NCBI GenBank assembly: GCA_964016885.1
Contig: OZ024740.1
Span: 260,524,001-260,588,000, forward strand
DNA length: 64,000 nt
Reading direction: 5' to 3'
Source: Eledone cirrhosa
Taxonomy: Eukaryota
This document shows, in pieces, positions 13,955 through 26,439 of this stretch. The notes below the pieces were generated by a model. It was not told where the DNA came from and did no database searches. It saw only the letters and a list, made by a program, of their open reading frames with translations. The translations under genes were made by a program, and so were the position numbers. The number at the start of each line of letters is the position of its first letter. Within the stretch, counting starts at the first letter, position 1.

Positions 13955-14438
13955 GATTTCTTTATTGGCCACTAGGGCTGATATCAAGAAAAACATTATA
14001 GACGGCACAGGACGGTACAGGACGGTACGATGTGGATTTTGTGCGTGTAAAGATTTTTATTATTTATATAAGAAACGAAAAAGAAGAAAAAGTCATAGAA
14101 ACACATATATATATAAACAATAAAAATGAAAATTCAAACAATGAAAAATTCCCCAATAGGGGGGAAACCTCCGAGGGTTACTCGTGGCGAAAACCACACG
14201 AAAGATCACAGCCACCCTGACCACCAGGGCAAGCGCCCTCTCTCAATTTTTCCATTTCTCAAACTACAAGCGTATATTCAGAGCGGTCCCGTTCACTTGG
14301 ACTATTCTCGCTACATTCACCCACCTTTCAACAAACTTGCTAGAAGACAGCACTTGCCTCTCCACCCTTATTTTCCTCTTCAAGTGAAACTTGAAAAAGT
14401 TAATTAGGGATTCGCTGAAGAGGAAAGTGTCTGTCTTA
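13955..14438 (-). mobile_element. Tx1-type 3' fragment, 3' UTR type A
   Basis: Close copy of 11201-11670; (AAT)n on both sides. Confidence 0.88.
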
Positions 14439-14451
14439 TAATAATAATAAT

Positions 14452-14765
14452 GCTTTCTTTATTAACCACAAGGGTTTACACAAAGTAGACATTGAGGACA
14501 GTACAGGACGGTACAAATGGGCATTTATGCGTGTAAAAAAATAAAAACAGAGGATGTAACAAAAAAAGAACAATGAAAAATTCCACAATAGGGGGAGACT
14601 TCCGAGGGCCATCGTGGAGAAAGCCCATTAAAAAAAGCCACGGTGACCCTGACCACCAGAGCAAGTGCCCTCTCACAGTTTTACACCTTCAATTTACAGG
14701 CATATACTCAGAGTAGGCCCATTCACTCGGGTCATTCTTGCCTCTCTCACCCATCTTTCAACAAA
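14452..14765 (-). mobile_element. Tx1-type 3' fragment, 3' UTR type B
   Basis: Copy of the 13113 3' UTR plus ORF end FVERWVREARMTRVNGPTLSICL. Confidence 0.85.
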
Positions 14766-17600
14766 ATGCTGGGAATAAAGTTCAAGGTCAACTATACCAT
14801 CGTATTGGATCTTTGTTACCAACTGAAGGCAAATATACTCAGTTTTTACAGCTATATTTTCTGACAAATTACAAAGAGCAGGCTTTGCAACGGCCATTTA
14901 ACCTTCCAAATTTGAAAGAAGAGTTAATCTGCAAGATAAGTAACATGTACGTATGGCAGATTGAGTGGCAAAAATGAGGTTTGCCACATGCCCACATTTT
15001 GATTTGGTTACATGAAAAACTTCCTCCAAATGATATTGATTTATTTATCTCAGGTGAACTGCTTGATCCACAGAAAGATCCTTTGCATGCATGAAATTGT
15101 CAAGTCCCAGATGATTCATGGGCCCTGTGGTTCAATTAATTCATCCTCCCCATGCATGAAGGATAAGTGTACCAAGAACTATCCACGTCCCTCTGTACAA
15201 GAAATCCAAACTGGAGAATGTGGCTACGCCCTTTTACAGGAGAAGAAAACCTGGGCATAGTAGATTCCCTTAAAAAAAAAAAAAAAAAATGGGAAATGGG
15301 CAAGAATCCGTCATTGACCTCTTCTTACAAAAACTTTCAAAGGACATATCAATGTTGAATTCTGCAACTCTGTTAAGTCTATTAAGTATGTTTGCAAATA
15401 TATAAACAAAGGTTTAGATACTGCAACATACACTCTTATGCAGAATGGCAGTCAACAGATAAATAAAAATGACGAAGTTGCACAGTATGAGAGAGAAAGA
15501 TACATCAGTAGCAATGAGCCTTTTGCCGCATCTTTAATTTTCTCATTCACGAGAGGCTCCAAGCCATCATTCATCTGAGTGCCCAACAAGCACTTTCTCC
15601 AAAAGAAACTACACTTACTGCCTTTTTTAAGTTGTGTCAAGAAGATGAAGATGCAAGAAAACTCCTTTACCTAGAATTAGCCATGGAGAAGCAATAAATG
15701 GCACAAAAGGAAACGTAGGGCTGACGCTCTTGCAAGAGTTTACAGTGTCCACCCAAGCCAAGCAGAATGCTACTACTTGTAGCTCCTTTTGCATGAAGTA
15801 CGTGGTCCCAAATCCTTCCAAGATTTGAGGAGGGTAAATGGTCATGTGTGTGAAACTTATAGGGACGCATGCTATCAAAAAGGTTTGTTAGAAAATGATG
15901 ATCACTGGGACATTGCAGTGTCAGATTCTCCAAGGAAACTCCATAATCTTTTATGCTGAACATGTGTCAACTTGGCAATCTCCTACAGCTTTGGATGAAA
16001 CATCGTGAGGACTTAAAGTATGCAGTTCAACAAGCAAACTCAGATATCAATATTCAGTTCTCTGAAATAACCTTTAATCAAGCACTGATTGAAATTGAGG
16101 ATCAAGTTTTGGCCATGAGAGGCAAAAATTTGCAAGAATCTGGTTCTGGACTACCAAAAACAAACCGTCAAATTAGTTATTTAACTTTAAAGAGACATAG
16201 CAAGAGAGACAAATTATGACATCACAGAGTTGGCTGCATTTGTGAATGAACATGAACCTAAACTTCTTCCAGAACAACGCTGTGCTTATGATAAAATTAT
16301 TTTGTCAGTCAGAGAAAAAAGTGGAGGAATTTTCCTTCTTGATGTTGCTGGTGGCACAGGTAAAACATTTGTAACAACATTGCTTCTCTCCAAGGCGAAA
16401 AAAAAAAAAAAAAAATTGCAGTTGCTATAGCATTGTCTGGCATTGCTGCCACCATTCTCCCAGCAGGACAAACAGCTCATTCTCCTTTTAAATTACTGCT
16501 AAACCTGGTCACAAATTGCAGTCCAAATTGTAACATAAGCAAAAGTTCAGGTTCAGCAGAAATATTGCACCAATGCCACCTAATCATTTGGGATGAATGC
16601 ACCATGTCACATAGAGGTGCAATGGAAGCTCTTGATAAGACCTTACAAGACATAAGAGGCAACAATAAATCTATGGGAAGAGTTACATTAGTTTTATCAG
16701 GAGACTTCAGACAGATATTACCAGTCATTCCGAGAGGAACAAGAACTGATGAAATAAAAGCATACATTAAGTCTTCGCACCTATGGAATAAAGTACAGAA
16801 ATTCTCCTTCAATGCTAACATGCGAGCTTTATTACATGGGGCCCAATGTGCAGAACAGTTTTCAACCCGACTCCTCCAATTAGGAAATGGGAAACTACCA
16901 TTTGATGGAAATGTAAATTTGGCTCATATTACTATCATAGTGAATTCCCCAGCTGAATTGAAGACCAGGGTATTTCCAGACTTAAGTAATAATTATAATT
17001 CACATTAGTGGTTGTGTGAAAGGGCAATTCCTGCTCCAAAAAATGAGGCAGTAGCAAGGATTAACCATGAATTAATGAATAGGATTCCAACAGTCATTAA
17101 GGAGTACAAATCAGTTAATTCAGTTTTTGATGAAAATCAAGCTGTCCACTACCCAACAGAGTTCCTTGATTCTCTTGAGCCACCTGGAACTCCACCACAT
17201 AAACTTTTTCTGAAGGTAGCAGTCCCAAAAATGCTTCTAAGAAATTTAGATCCCCCTAAATTATGCAATGGAACAAGGTTGATTATGAAGACATTATCAC
17301 CTAATGTGATATAAGCTTCCATCATCGCTGGATGTGCCTTTGTGGAAGATGTTTTCATTCTAAGAATGCCAGTCAAACCAACAGACATGCCATTTGAGTT
17401 CAAACGAATACAATTCCCAGTGTGACTTTGCATCGCAATGTCTATTAATGATGCTCAAGGTCAAACTTTGAAATCTACTGGCCTGCACTTAATTGAGTCT
17501 TGCTTTTCACATGGTCAACTTTATGTATGTGTGCGTGTGTGTGCAGAGGGAGGGATAATAGGAAGTACACACAACAATAGCTATTATATGAAAACATTGA
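14766..17600 (+). mobile_element. Helitron Rep/PIF1-helicase remnant, heavily degraded
   Basis: IGSLLP..QFLQLYF, IEWQK*GLPHAHIL, MIHGPCG, INVEFCNSVKSIKYVCKYINKG, GGTGKTF, IWDECTM, GDFRQILPV, LRNLDPPKLCNGTRL, AQGQTL, FSHGQLYV. Confidence 0.93.
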
Positions 17601-17619
17601 GTTAAGTAGGAACTTAATA

Positions 17620-18905
17620 TATGAGGGGGCTTCAAAAAGTTTGTGGAAAAAGTACATAGCTAAAAATCATACGCAGAGATTTTGATCTCAATGCACCTGT
17701 ACGTTCTCGTAGTAACATGCCATAACATGTTCTAATATGAACCCTTAAATGCATGTTGCAACACGGCACCGCCATTCGTAAGTCAGCTCCCGCTCGAGCA
17801 ACATGACCGCCATCAAAATTGAGGCCAGGACACGCATCAAATTCATGGTGAAGTTAGGATGGAAGAGCAGACAAATCATTGACGTTCTGGAACAAGTTTA
17901 TGGGGACAATGCCCCACAAAAATCAACAACATACAAATGGATAAGTCGTTTTAGAAGTGGAAGAGATGAGGTTGAAGATGATCCCCGCAGTGGCAGGCCA
18001 TCCACGTCAGTCTGTGTGGAAAACATCGATGCTGTTTGCGACCTAATAAAAAAGGATAGGCGAATAACTGTTGAATCAGTAGCCAGTACACTCAACATCT
18101 CTGTGGGTTCTGCACACGCAATTCTGGTGGAGAGTTTGGGGCTGAGCAAGCTTTCCGTTCAATGGGTCCCAAGATTGTTGCATCCAGATCAGCAGCAAAC
18201 AAAGGCAGATATTTCGATGGAAAGTTTGAACAAGTGGGATGAAGACCCTGAAGCTTTGCTGCAGAGAATTGTTACAGGGATGAAACGTGGCTCTACCAGT
18301 ACGATCCTGAGGACAAAACTCAATCAAAGCAGTGGCTGCCCAGGGGTCGAAGTGGGCCAGTCAAGGAAAAATCGGAACGTATATGAGTGAATATTATGGC
18401 CACTGTCTTCAGGGATACCGAGGGGATTTTGCTGGTTGACTTCCTCGAGAACAAGAGAACAATTACAGCTGGATATTATGAAGACGTTTTGAGAAAACTG
18501 GTCAAGAAAATTACGGAAAACGCCTGGTGAAGCTGCATCGGCGCGTCGTCTTGCGCCACGACAATGCGCACGCTCACACCACTTGGCAGACACAAGCTGT
18601 TACGCGAATTTCAATGGGAAATAATCCGATACCCACCTTACAGTCCCGATTTAGCCCCATCCGATTTCTTTTAGTTTCCAAACCTGAAAACAATCATTGA
18701 AAGGTACCCATTTTCTATCAGTTGAACATGTAAAAAAAGCTGCTTTGACATGGCTTAAATCGCATGACCTTCAGTTTTACACAGATGGACTTAAAGGCTG
18801 GTATCAATGCTTGTATAAGTGTATTGACCTAGATGGAGCATATGTTGAAAAATAAACTTAAACCATTTTATCCAACTGTCCTTTTTCCACCCTTTGAAGC
18901 CCCCG
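17620..18905 (+). mobile_element. Tc1/mariner (DD34D) DNA transposon, full length, degraded
   Basis: Left TIR ta-tgagggggcttcaaaaagtttgtggaaaaag; right TIR remnant ctttttccaccctttgaagcccccg; about 1.29 kb. Confidence 0.92.
17803..18855 (+). pseudogene. Mariner transposase, frameshifted
   Basis: DDPRSGRP, WVPRLL, IVTG(D)ETW, HDNA, YPPYSPDLAPSDF. Confidence 0.92.
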
Positions 18906-19435
18906 ACAAAGATAATTTATTAAAATAACACTTATAATGAAGAGGAACAAATGAAAACCTGCTGTTACACACAGAGCCAGTGCTACCAGTAAAGCCAACT
19001 AGGCGATCCCCAGGGCCTCCAGAGCTCACAGAGGCACATTGCTGAACCTTAAAAGATCACAGTTTTATACAAGTCTGTATTGTGGTTAGAATGTCTCAGG
19101 AAAGAATCGCTTGACAGATTTTACGGGTAAAACCAGCCAGCAGGAAACCAGGGGCACACCCTGAGCATGATGGTTGAATAACATCCATGAGATCTGCTGG
19201 TCTAACTTGGGTATCCAGCCAAATTAATTGGAGACGGTTGCTTATGATAGGACCCGCTGGAAAGAGTGTTTGGGGAAACTGCCCCTACGACCCTCCCAGG
19301 AATAAGTGGAATAAGAAGAAGAATGTTCTATGATCAATAAATAAATTTCTAAAGTTCTTTGCTGAATAGTAGAATTGTGGAAACATTCAAACCTGTGAAG
19401 AAAGTCATGTGATGTTATAACTTGTACCAGGATTT

Positions 19436-19795
19436 GGTGTGAGTGAACTGTGTAATGGAAAATACAAGTTTAGTAAGTTCCTTAGTGTGGTCAGAGCAAA
19501 AAAGCAACAAAACTAGGTTTGTCAGCTTACCAAACTGTAAGTTGAAATTATTTTATTTGGGAGAATGGAGGTACATAATTTGAAGAAGCGAGGTGCATAT
19601 TGTAGGGTTAGCTTAGGGAGTTCAAAACCAAAGTACACATTCTAGAGCTAGCCTAGGGTGCTAAATACCCACGTGCACATTGTAAAGATAGCCTAAGCTG
19701 CTAAATACCCAGGCACGCATTGTAGAGCTAGCCAAGAAGTCTAAATACCCAGGTACACATTTTAGAGCTAGCCTAGGGTTCTAAATAACCAGGCA
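19436..19795. repeat. Left arm of a diverged inverted repeat containing an approximately 40-bp minisatellite
   Basis: ctaaatacccaggtacacatt.tagagctagcctagggt units; aaaactaggtttgtcagctta matches the reverse complement near 21740. Confidence 0.8.
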
Positions 19796-20059
19796 CCAAG
19801 TCTGCAGAGAGTCACATATAATAGAGACCTACTCTTCTTGTTACAAATAGTACATTGCCCTTGAGAAATTTAACAAAAACAATGCCATTGTAAAAAGCTG
19901 GTTTAGAAGACATGGCGTTTAATTAGGAGTATGGGGCCCTATTAACTTAAACCTTCTAGAACCTGATTTAGGGGGAATGGGGCTTAATTAGGAGCATGGG
20001 CTCCTATTGGTTTAAATCGTTCATGACCGTATTTCTAATGGAATACTCTGTATTTGAAT

Positions 20060-21310
20060 TAGAGAACGGGACACAGGTGGCGGATAGCGATACGGCCACC
20101 ATATATGATGGCTAGTTGCGATATAAGCGGGCAACTGCCGGACGAATAAGCAATCCTGGACCAACAACGGTAAACTACTAGGGGAGATGGAGCAATGGAT
20201 GACACCTGTGGGTCCCAAGGAAACTCCCACAACCCAGTGACGTAGCTACGACGAGGCGAGTAAAGGTCGCCTTTAAAAAAAGCCTAGTCTTCGCAGGTTT
20301 GACAAGGTGATTGGTGCGAATAAGACTACCAAAACTGAAACTACAATATGATGAGAAAAACAAAGAAGAACTATACCGCATTGTCCTTCGCACGGGTTAA
20401 CAATGGATGCGTTCAGGCCTTAGATAGAGGAGCCTATTTGAAACATATATTGCAATCTCCATTTCATGCCGAAAAAACTGGCGATGGACCTGCGATCTGT
20501 CCTGGGAGCCGTGTGACGGACGCACAAAGGTTGTGCATCACGAGACCCTAAAGGGAGTCCGGAAGGAAGTAAACATTGACAGTTGGAAGTTTAAACATAA
20601 CTCTTACAGGCAAGGAGCAGGAACTAGTGGAGAAGGCTAGATGCCACGGGCTAGATATAGTTGAGGTTTCCTCAACAAAGTTCCATGGCTCTGATACTGT
20701 AGATTTGGATGGAGGATGGAAACTCCACTTTTCAGGTGTGGCGCCAGCAATTACTGAACAGGCGGGTGTGGGGATATCCACAAGCCCCCGACTGTCAGAA
20801 TGTGTTATGAACTTGAGCCCATTACGAGGGAGGATTTACCTCTTGAAGCTTAGTCTGAAAGATATGTATCTGTGAGTGATGCAAGTTTATGCACCAAACA
20901 AGGAGTCCGAAAACAGCAGCGTTAAATGTAGTTAAGAGTCATATATCTTGATGTGAGATTTCAATGCACATGTTGACAGTGACCACCTGGCATGGAAATG
21001 AGTGGCTGGAAGGAATGAAGACCCCGATCAAAATACGAATGGAGAGGCCTTACTAGACTTCTGTTCTAGAAATTGACTCTTTATTATGAACACCTTCTAC
21101 CAGCACAGAGAGTAGGAAGTAAGTTCAGTGAGGAATTTAAGGTACAGGTAAGTGTGCATCTGGGTTCAATTCTTAGCTCACTCCTGTTTATTATAGTCCT
21201 CCAGGAATTTAAGACTGGTTGTCCATAGGAAATTCTGTATGCTAATGATATGGTTCACATAGCTGAATCCTTGGAAGAGCTAGAGAATAAATTCCGGCTG
21301 TGGAAATAGA
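20060..21310 (+). mobile_element. RTE-clade LINE fragments (5' UTR, APE, piece of RT)
   Basis: RTE-like 5' UTR block gtggcggatag...gaataagcaatcctggac; ORF 20576 GSLNI..LDIVEVSSTK..AGVGI; RT-like GSILSSLLF..ILYANDM near 21160-21260. Confidence 0.75.
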
Positions 21311-21321
21311 GTAAGCATTTT

Positions 21322-21830
21322 GTACCTGGTTATTTTGGTGTTCTAGGCTAGCCCTGCAATGTGTACCTGGGGATTTAGCACCCTACAATGTGTGCCTGGC
21401 TATTTACCACTCTAAGCTAGCCCTGCAATATGTACCTAGGTGTTTAGCACAGTAGGCTGGCCCTATAATATGTACCTGGGTATTTAGCACAGTAGGCTGG
21501 CCCTATAATATGTACCTAGGTATTTAGCACAGTAGGCTGGCCCTATAATATGTACCTGGGTATTTAGCACTCTAGGCTAGCTCTACAATGTGTATCTGGG
21601 TATTTAGCACTCCAGGTTAACATTATAATATGTACCTGGGTATTTAGCTCCCTTGACTGGCCCGACAATGTGTACCTGTATTACCCTAGGCTGGGTGCTC
21701 CATTCTCCAAAATAAAATCCTTTCCCCTTACAGAATAATAAGCTGACAAAACCTAGTTTTTTACACTAAGACCAAACTAAGAAAATTACTAAGCCTACAT
21801 TTTCCAAACACACTCCACACTCACCCACAC
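21322..21830. repeat. Right arm of the inverted repeat, about nine 40-bp minisatellite units
   Basis: tgtacctgggtatttagcac.gtaggctggccctataata units. Confidence 0.85.
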
Positions 21831-22061
21831 CACGGCAGGATTTGAACTCGAAATACAAACGACCAGAACTACTACTGCGACTACTGTTGCTGTTGTTGCT
21901 GCTGATGATACTATAAAAAGAAGGCAGAATGAAATTTATGAAGGTCAAGGAAAACATGCAGATTCTAGCGTCTTATATTCTAATGAAGAAATTATCAAAT
22001 TAAATACTTTTATTATGCTCTCCGTTGTTTTTTGACGGGTACTGTACCAGTAATAAAGATA

Positions 22062-22238
22062 ATAATAATTGTTTCTACTTTAAGGACAATGCCAGTAATT
22101 TGAAAAGGAGGGAAAGTTGATTAAATTGACACCAATGCATTACTGGTGCTTTATTTATCAACCGCATAAGGATGAAAGGCAAAGCTAACCTCGGTGGGAT
22201 TTTAATTCAGAACTTAAAGGGCCGTAACTCTATGCCAC
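22062..22238 (-). mobile_element. tRNA-derived SINE (family also at 28745 and 55760)
   Basis: Shared block gaggtt(a)gctttgcctttcatcctta...gataaataaagcaccagt. Confidence 0.75.
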
Positions 22239-22270
<32 letters not shown>

Positions 22271-22271
<1 letters not shown>

Positions 22272-25138
22272 TGTTTCATTTATTGGTCACAAGGGCCGGT
22301 ATATAGAGGACAATATAGAGTTTTACACAAAAATCGAGTAAATATATAGGAAAACAATAACAATTGCCTGCCCTTCCTGGCCAAAAGAAGGCGGTGGGTT
22401 GATCTTCACTATGGACACGGCCGGATGCGTTCTACACGCGACAGTAGCAGTTCGACATAACTCCACATGTCAGTAATGCACGGACACTGGACGAGTGCGC
22501 GAAGAACTCTTTCGTAGCTCTGCGCGCATCTCGGGCAGGTCCATCTGACAGCACTTCCGTGCCCTTCAGTAGCACTGCCAAGCGAGGGATTCCTGGAAGT
22601 TATGCATCATCCCTGGCTCGAAGGCCCTCCGGAACAGACTGACCAGAGCCTCTCCGACTGCGTCGTCGCACTTTCCCACCACTAATCCTCTATAGAACTC
22701 GAGAGTGGAAGTTCCACAGACCGTATTTCCCGCCTGGTAGAGGGAAGTGAGTGCCTGGCAACATTCCAGATGCTAGTCACCCAGTCTCGGTCTCTTGTTG
22801 ACCCAGGACTGCAGCTCAGTCAAAGTGAGCTGTGGAAAGGCCCGTCTGACAAACGGTAACCACAATTGTTCACTGTTTAGGCACAATATCAAGAGATGCC
22901 GCAGCCTCAGCGCATGTTTGCGCACCGTTAGCCACGGTTTGCACAGCTCTCCACGTAGAGGGTGCTGGCAGCAGATAAACTACCACACCAACGGAACCTG
23001 TTCCCTCCACAAGAGGTTGAAGAGGAGCCGTTCCAAGATGGCGGGGCACGAACGGGGGCAAGGCAAGACGGTCAGGTATTAGTAGATGACGGTAGCGATG
23101 TACGCGTAGTCACCTCCGCCCGACCTTTCAGGGACACTTTCCTCGCGGCCCATTACTGAGTGAGAATGGCTACTCTGATCGTGACGTCGTCTCAGCTCTT
23201 ATCCACCTGAAGTTCTGGTCCGAAGCAACCCCGAGCAACTTTACCGGACCGTCCGTCCGTTTGTGTGACTGTGGTGGTGATGGTTTTGTTGGTGCTATTT
23301 TGGGTGTCTGTGTTTCTTGTGGGTGCGGTGTCTGTGATTTCAGATGTCTGTGTGACTTTTGTTCTTGTGTCTGCTTTGGTTGTTTGCATTTGGGGTATTG
23401 TGGTGATGGTGTTGATGGCGAGGTGTCTATATTGAGTGGGTGGTGTCTATATTTTCTGTTGTGGGTGTTTTCGTGCTTTGGGAGTGTTTTTCTTTGCGTC
23501 TTCTTTTTTGTGGTTTGAGTTTTCCCACATCTTCACTACTGGAAGACGAGAGGTCTGTGGCTGGAAGTGTGTCTGTGTCTGTGTCTGCGTATGTGCTTGT
23601 GCTTTTGCCCATGTGTATATTTTTGAGGGGGAGAGGGATTGGAAGAGTTTCCTCGTTTCCTCCTTGGGTGGACAAAGTTGGTGGTGGCGTTTCCGCCGGT
23701 GTTGGTAGTGGTCCTCGCCCCAGTGTCAGCTACAGTGGACATTCTCGACCCCTTGCATTTTTCAGTAGTTGAGGGCAGAAGGCTCGCAAATGCGTTGTTT
23801 ACTCGCAGACGAAACAATGCAGCCTTTTGCTCTCGGTTATTATATGTAATACCGTCCCGTTCTGGAGACGGATGTGGTCTGGGGGATTTTTATTACGTCT
23901 TCAGGCCTGATCTGGAGAGATATCTCCAGATCAACTCCGGATCAATCCTTCTTGGCAGTTCTCGTAACCTCGTTCGGGTCGGTATCTGTCCCCTCCACAA
24001 TCACGCATCCCAGGAGCTACCACATGTCTAGTCCTGGGGAAATGACGGGAATGCGTACTCGAACTGTTCTTTTTCCCATGTGGCGGGGGTCATCGCGTGT
24101 TTCAAAGCAAGGGCTTCTAATTTAACCAGCACCGAAATGGTGCTGTATTTTCTACCCCTCGCTATGTATTCGTTTTCATCCCCGATGCACCTCAGCACAG
24201 CTTCAATGTCTGTTTAGGCAATTATTGCCGCTTGTTTTGTCTCCGCTGAAATGCACCGTTCTTCTCTCCATCACTTCAATGGCTTCTGCCAGGACAGTTA
24301 AGTAGGCTCATGTTTGCTCTTGTTTGATGAGCTTCCAGACCTGGGCCAACTTTTTATCTTTATTCGTTAGGTCTATGCTGAAGCATGACCTCTTTCTGGC
24401 TGCTGCTGCTGCAGCGAAAGTGTTCTTGTTGTTGGTAATGTCGTTGTTATTAGTGTTGCCGTTGTTGGTGTTGCTGTCGTTGTTCCTGTTAGTGTAGTTG
24501 CTATTGTCGCTATTGCAGTAGGTATTATTCTTGTTGCTGCTGTTGTTGTTGTTCTCGATGCAGTTGCTGTTGTTCTTGCTTTCTTGCCTTGTTTCGTTGT
24601 TACTGTTGTTGCTGTCGCTGTTCCTGTTCCTGTTGGAGGTATTGTTAATTCCGTTGCCGTTTTTCTTGTCATTTTTCTTTCGTCTATATTTTGGTTGTCT
24701 TTGTTACTGCTGTTGTTGGATTTAAAAAAAAAGTTAGTGTTCTCACTGTTGCTGTTGTTGATGTCGTTGTTCATGTTGTTTGTAGTGGTGTTGCTAAATT
24801 TTTTTTTTTTTTTTTTTTTTTTTGTATGTTGTGTTTGTAGTTATAGCATCTTTGTTCCTCCTCTCAACATTTAAGTTGTCACAAGACGGCAGGCTTAGTA
24901 TTAGAGGGGGCGGCGGGTGTGGTTCATCCATTTTTTTTTTTTTTTTTACAGCAAAAAAAACACAACGTTCAAATATTTGGACCAAAAGCCCAAATATGAA
25001 GTCTTCCCTTTACGGGGCACAAAAGGAAGTCGTGTGACCCCTTTGTCACAAAAAATACAACAATTATTCGAATGCAAACATTTGAAAAATCGCTAACTCA
25101 CGCAGCTCACAAAAGCACGCCCTCTCCGTCCGACACCC
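22271..25138 (-). mobile_element. Tx1-type element with large internal deletion (ORF1 fused to ORF2 3' end near 23240)
   Basis: 22365-23240 homologous to 11735-12690; Thr/Asn-rich ORF1 remnants at 23240-24800; both ends abut (AAT)n. Confidence 0.82.
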
Positions 25139-25359
25139 AATAATAATAACAGCAACAATTATAATACTGCAGACGCTCTCAATGGACAAACCTTATCACT
25201 ATACTATATATAAATAACCTTAATTGATGTGGGTTGGTATGTACATATGTATATGTGTGTATGCATGTATGTATGTGTGTATATTTGTATTATGTATGTA
25301 TCTATGTGTGTACATGCATGTTTGAGTGTATGTGTGAATGTATGTGTATGTATGTATGC

Positions 25360-25431
<72 letters not shown>

Positions 25432-25778
25432 ATCTGTTTGTAATCTTGTTATCACTAAGAAAATATTTACTGATAAAAAGACTCTTATAATTTTATGTGT
25501 ATATGTACTATATGTACTATATATACATGATTGAATGTGTATGTGTATTTGTATGAGTATGTATATGTATGTATGAGTGTATTTATAACTTTACGTATGT
25601 GATATACATGTATGTATGTGTATATGTATAAATTTATGTATGTGTATGTGTGTGTATTTGTGTATCTACTTATATGCGTGTATTTTTAATGGTATATTTA
25701 TCAATATGTATGTATATATATGTGTATGTATGTATGTATGTATGTATGTATGTATGTATGTATGTATGTATGTATGTA

Positions 25779-25853
<75 letters not shown>

Positions 25854-26094
25854 TCTAACTTGTATTGTGCATGTATGAATGTGTATGTGCTCACAAACAT
25901 TTACACGTGGTCGCACCAAAGCGCATTAACTGCTTTGCTTTATCTGTGATGAAATTGATAATACTATAGATTTCCCGGAGTTTGCTGGAACATGGAAAGA
26001 TCTTTAAAACAAGATTTACTGTGTATTTCATGAAAAGTTAGGGGTTGTTACACGTAACAGAAGGGATTATTTCAAAAAAGAATCATCTAATTAG

Positions 26095-26382
26095 TCGTTC
26101 AAGGTCCCCTTCGTCACGAATGAACTCGGCAAGGTGTGTTTATGGAAAACCCGCAGTCGCCCATGCATACCAGTCTCCCCTCTTCACACCACCGATGTTG
26201 TCCAGGGGAAAGGCAATGGTCGATACAGCTTGGCACCAGTGACTCATTTCTAAAGCTGAGTGAACTGGGTAACGTGAAATAAAGTGTTTTGTTCAAAAAC
26301 ACAACGAACCGCCCAGTCCTGGAATCTACTCACATCCTTGCGATGTGAGCTCAACGCTCTAATACCTAAGCCACGTGCCTTC
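26095..26382 (-). mobile_element. tRNA-headed SINE with CORE-like block
   Basis: Minus strand gaaggcacgtggcttagg...gattccaggactgg...aacactttatttcacgtt; related copy at 41841. Confidence 0.75.
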
Positions 26383-26439
26383 ACAAATTAATCAGTCCTT
26401 AGCATTAAATTAATGAGTTCTTAGCATTAAAACAAGATG

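Noticed and set aside
21322-21700. Regularly spaced 40-bp repeats as a CRISPR array
   Set aside because: Head-to-tail minisatellite without unique spacers, no cas genes, eukaryotic context
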